A DNA stretch of 64,000 nt. Source: Owenia fusiformis. Taxonomy: Eukaryota. Both the position numbers and the translations under genes were made by a program. Each line of letters begins with the position of its first letter. The stretch's first letter is position 1. Positions 59,166 to 64,000 of this stretch are shown one piece after another. The notes under the pieces are model-generated. The model saw nothing but the letters and a program-made list of their open reading frames with translations, did not search any database and had not been told where the DNA came from. Location: positions 23,498,001 through 23,562,000 of the forward strand of contig CAIIXF020000001.1 of the NCBI GenBank assembly GCA_903813345.2, in the 5' to 3' direction.

Positions 59166-59347
59166 CAGGGTGTCCAAAAACCAGGATTTAAGAACTGTAG
59201 TTTTTGATAAAATTGGCAGATTATAATCAAACATTCACAACAAAATTCACATTGAATGAATTAAATAATTCTGAAATTTCAAGGCAAAATATGCAAAATT
59301 GACCGAGTTATTCAACTTTCTTACAGTCCTGTTTTTTGGACACCCTG
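59166..59347. mobile_element. Tc1-like MITE with TA TSD
   Basis: TA|CAGGGTGTCCAAAAA.CAGGA...TCCTGTTTTTTGGACACCCTG|TA. Confidence 0.8.
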
Positions 59348-59774
59348 TATGATTGTTCCTCAATATAAATATATCTTTTATTTTGTAAAGAATGAGATCT
59401 TTTGTAGCCTGTTGAATAATTATTAAGATGGCGTACATCCCTAATTTTGCTCACATTTGTTTTTAGGTTGAAACAACCATCGAATTAAAAATACATGTAC
59501 GTAGATCAATGTAAATCTGTAAATAGTTTTTACATAAATGAGTGAAAGATGACTTTATTATGACAAAGTATCGAGTCAGCCCGTTCATGCAATTAGATAT
59601 CACAGTTTACACATATGTTTTTAGTTAGAAACAAGGTGTTCATTCTGCTTGTAAAGTATATAATACAAAGTTTGTGAAAATTATATCAAGATTTTTACAT
59701 GTAGACCCAATAGTGATTCATCATTCAATTTTTGAAACAAAAATCATAAAGTAATACTCCTAACATATACATAT

Positions 59775-60278
59775 CACTCCCCCCAGTTTTCTGCAAGTTA
59801 AAATGCTCAATTCTGCAAGTGAAATTAGTGAATTCTGCAAGAAGGGCTAATTCTGCAGAAATTCCGCGGATATTCGCGGCATTTTTTTATATAATATAAA
59901 TAACTGTTATTAATTTATGTCTTTGTTTAACTTTCTGACGAGAACCGAAAGAAAAACTAATGGTTTTCGAACCAGTAAACGGGAAAATATCGTGATAGTC
60001 AGGTAGTCAGTCACTACATACATGCTGCCATCTAACGGCAGAAATCAAACGATGGCGTTTAGAATTTTCACTTCGCATAATTTGGGTTATTTCTGCAAGG
60101 GATTTGACTGAAAACGTGTCAAATTGTTACAGGTAAGACTGACTTTTTAAACTTTTGGAAAATATATGGATTCTGCGGAAAATTCCGCGGAAATTGACCA
60201 AAATAGTTGATTCTGCAATTCCGCGGGCAGAGGCAAATTCCGTCCGCGCTCTGCAAACACGGAATCCTGGGGGCAGTG
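59775..60278. mobile_element. MITE with CACT.CCCC.AG termini and TTCTGCAA/TTCCGCGG subterminal repeats
   Basis: ACATAT|CACTCCCCCCAG...CTGGGGGCAGTG|ACATAT. Confidence 0.7.
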
Positions 60279-60637
60279 ACATATAGGCCTAATGGTCAGT
60301 CAAAGAATGTTTGGACGGATGTGCAGAGTAAATCATGCCTGGATGGAATACAATGTAAAGTTGTTATTGTGCCATCCTTAAAATGTCACAATATCAAATG
60401 CAATGACTATTTCGGCTTGAGACCAAGAACCACTTGGCACAGTAAATGCAAGAATTTATGACTTGGATTAGGGGCAAGTCACCCTGCATGTGGTTTGAGT
60501 ATTAAGGTCATCTGTAGGCCACAATTCATCTGGTAACTACTGCGACAGCGAACTACACCTTGATTGATACATGAAGTTCAAATTATTCCAATAAATCTCA
60601 TGTAATCGAGCCCAACCTCATATATCTAAACTCAAAG

Positions 60638-63600
60638 TCATATAATCCTGTCTAAGTAGTTTTGGAACGTGGTCAATTCATCAGTCCCCTGAGCTGAGAA
60701 TTCCTGCTTAAAGCTGTGTATCTCAACGTTACCCTCAGATCTGCATAAAGCCTGCAAAATAAAAAATAATATATAAAAAATTACTTTTGTTATATAATTG
60801 AGCTGTTTATCTTAATATTACAAGCTGTCTCCAATTTTGTCTGATAGCTCAGACTATATCAATCAAACTAAAGGAGCTGTAGTGAAACATACACACAAAA
60901 CAAGTGGATATTTACAACATAATGTCATAAATATACACACATATTATTTTGGATAAATAAGTTAACTGGGATAGCATAGTGTAAATAAGAGAAGACATTG
61001 TTCTGTAGATTTTCTGAGTGAGACGTCAGCATTTCACCAAGTAACAAGTAAAAAATAACAAGTAAAAAACCTTGGGGTCAATTATTTTTTATTTGAGCCA
61101 GCTCATTCAAACTGTTCCGCCATTCAATTTTGACTAGCAGGTTCAAAATTCTTATGATGTAAATGGAGTAACTCCAAACTACTGCAGTAGAGCTAAAGCC
61201 TCATTTCAAAAAATCATATATTTTGAAGAAAATTAATATTTTGGATCTGAGTAAATGCTGCTACAGTTGATTTTCATAGACAGATTTGATCAAGCAAGGT
61301 TTAATCCAGTGGTTAATATATAAAGTTTAGTTTCTCACAAACTGACAACATCTAATGAATAACTACATGACTGTATACACCACTCACCATTTGAGGCTTT
61401 TGGCCTGGACTCACTTTATTGGTTGCTTTATGATCATTGCAGAGACACACTGATGTTAATCTGAAAAAAGGAATAAAGGTATATAATATTATACAGAGAT
61501 AAGGGCCCTTTAATTATGATCTTCAGGTCAGCTAATATTTTCATTTTTTCAGCAGGAAAATAACAACATGACAACTGGTCTGTATGACCAGATCCAAAAT
61601 TCTTGAAGTATGCTGTACGTACTAAAACATAATGTGCCTATTTGACTGACATTGTAAAGATCCTCTCATCATTTAATGTTTTTATTTTAGTATTTATCAT
61701 AGGAGTAAACACAGAGATGTATGTACATTTGTTTCAATCTTTCTTTATGCAATGTGCAATATGCAATGTTTCTTTATGCAATGCATCGATGTATTTGCAT
61801 AGCAGATCTACCCTTTAACTCTGCTCCGGACACTCACCCATCAGATATCTCATGTACTTGTATAGGACAGGCATCGTCCATTAGGAGGTCCCAGGCATAA
61901 ATCATAGAGTCAGTATCAACTGCATAGAACATAGAAGGCCTGCTCCGTGACCAGTGGACAGACACAATAGACCTCCCCTCTGTTGAGTCTGCCCAGCATA
62001 TTGCAGCATTTTCTAAACACAAGACAAAGTTTATTTCACTACAAGTTTATCACAACTCACTCCTTCCATAAAGTACAGTGAAGTAGAATGAACACTAACC
62101 AAGTGAAACTTTTTGACTGTATCAAAGGATTTCAACATACACATGTTTCATTTTAACACATGAATGTTTATGGAGCAGTCTCTCACAAGTAACATTGATC
62201 TTGAATTCAATTGTTACTATATTTGACGTTGTATCTAGCTAAATCATGAAATACAATCCAACGATTGTAATACAGTAAATAAATGAGTGAAAGAGCTGCA
62301 ATATGATTGACTATGAAATAAGAGTTTAGTATTAGCCAATTGAAAATTGATAACAAAAAGGCTTAGAAAATCTAAGGAGGAGATTCTTTCAAAATCTTTA
62401 GCTAATCTCAGGTAGCCATTTAACAGAATCTGTATAATAATGCTGCATACCTGAATGTATGTTGTGTAGGCGTATACTACCATCTGCACAGCCAGCCTGT
62501 AAAAATAACATTGATGGAATAACAAAACAATTATAGGTCACTGAAACTTTAAACTCCTTTAAGGGGATCATTAGTCACTGTATCTCTTTCACCATTCTTG
62601 AGTTCGTGATCTGTACATGAGTGTCAATAAAAGTTGTTCATAAAATACTTCAATTTTCATTTCCAAAATCAGTTCTTCGCAGAATCTGTAATTTATAAGC
62701 AATAATAAGTAGGAGTGCATTTATTTAGAAATTGATTCACCTATCCAATACTCTTTCTCAACTAACTCAGGTTAAAATGTATGGGACATTTTTTGTATCA
62801 ACCAGTCTGTACAGTTCAAACTTCATTTGGGTATGTATATTTTGTTTGACAAACAGCAAAGTATGACTTACCAGAAAGATTGGGAAGGAGAATGGATTGA
62901 AGTCCAGACAGAACACTTCAACAGGAGCTTCTATTTCTGGTTTATAACCTTTAGGGGGTGCCTTGCCTCCATATCTCACTCCATGCACCACATAGCCCTA
63001 CAATAGAACAATATGTACAGGGTGACCCAAAAAGAAGGCTGCAATCATTTCGGGTCACTCTGTATATGACAAACAAGAGCAAATATGAATCATAAATGAA
63101 GGAATGGGTTATGTCTTACAACAAGTCTCATTATACATCAAACCCCTTCCTAATTCTTATCACACGTACACGTGAATTTAAAGTAATGAAAACATTAAAG
63201 GATACTTTTCAATGTTTGTGTATATTTTTCTTTCATGACCCGGATAACATCATATCCTTTGATATGAATTATTGTATAATTTATTGTAATATGTTTCATA
63301 AAGAATTAAATATTTTTATAAAGCTTTACTTTGTATATGTATTGTATATACAGTACTTACAGAATCTGTGCCAACATAGAAGTGACTTGGATCAGAGGGC
63401 AAGAGTTGCATTTCATATGCCCTCAGTGATGCTTTAAATGTCCTGCAAAATCATTCAGCATTCATTACTCATAAATACATAACCAATGAAAAAATTGTAC
63501 AAGTATGAGAGATAATTTGAGTCAGTTATTGCTGAGAAGATACGTGTCAAAAAGTGTGAAGTTTTTTGTATGTTTCAGCCACTTACTTGTCAAAATGTGT

Positions 63601-63748
63601 GAAGTTTTTTGTATGTTTCAGCCACTTACTTTACAGGGTTTTCTAAATGTACAGCTGAGCTCTTGAGCAGTTTGATTCTTCCTCCAGGTGCCAGCCCCAG
63701 GTCAGACTCAGACCCTGCCTCATCAGCAGTTACAATCTCAGCAACAAC
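60638..63748 (-). CDS. DYNC2I1: Cytoplasmic dynein-2 intermediate chain 1 (WDR60), last 7 coding exons; gene continues beyond the window
   Basis: Exons (-): 63748-63630 VVAEIVTADEAGSESDLGLAPGGRIKLL; 63442-63361 PSDPSHFYVGTDS; 62997-62872 LDFNPFSFPIFL; 62496-62451 AGCADGSIRLH; 62012-61838 VHWSRSRPSMFYAVD...IYAWDLL; 61460-61388; 60751-60638 ending ...YLDRII*. Phases are consistent. Confidence 0.88.
63018..63062. mobile_element. Minimal Tc1-like MITE next to a DYNC2I1 splice acceptor
   Basis: TA|CAGGGTGACCC...GGGTCACTCTG|TA. Confidence 0.55.
63545..63630. repeat. 43-bp tandem duplication containing the DYNC2I1 5' splice site
   Basis: TGTCAAAA.GTGTGAAGTTTTTTGTATGTTTCAGCCACTTACT x2 (63545-63587, 63588-63630). 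Confidence 0.9.
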
Positions 63749-64000
63749 CTGAAATATACAAGCAAGCATTAATGAAAGTTCAGTAATATCTGAAGATCTA
63801 ATCTGAACACTCAGGGTGCATTTTCGTATGCCAGCGGACACAATCCACCCACACAGCACTTAATGAGCCTTGTCAGCAGGCATCACGAAAAAGAACAAAA
63901 AGCTCCGCGATGCAAATTACATGCTCACATGTTTTCAACAATAACAGCTCAATGTGAATATTTTTCTTTTTTCTAATTGGCCAGAGTCTTTCTTGTTGAT

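Overview
AT-rich, intron-rich eukaryotic (probably marine invertebrate) genomic DNA. I assembled four spliced protein-coding genes by hand. (1) A complete but divergent nitric oxide synthase (+, 21 coding exons, 4236-39023, about 1099 aa). It has no PDZ domain and no autoinhibitory loop, has an iNOS-like calmodulin site, and has unusual substitutions at heme-proximal and FMN-stacking positions. (2) RPLP1 (-, 5 exons). (3) FAM32A (+, 4 exons), head-to-head with RPLP1 across a very compact bidirectional promoter with a TCT tract and a TCTCGCGAGA palindrome. (4) The last 7 exons of DYNC2I1/WDR60 (-). An apparently intact and very young Gmr1-like Ty3/Gypsy LTR retrotransposon (26359-33400) sits in the NOS intron that separates the oxygenase and reductase halves. 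It has PR-IN-RT-RH domain order, 823-bp LTRs that look identical by eye, a tRNA-Pro PBS and a 4-bp TSD. Introns and intergenic DNA are dense with MITEs and foldback elements (Tc1/mariner-, pogo-, hAT- and Kolobok-like, plus CAC-terminated elements with 5-bp TSDs), including nested stacks in RPLP1 introns. All coordinates and translations were read by eye; no database searches were run.
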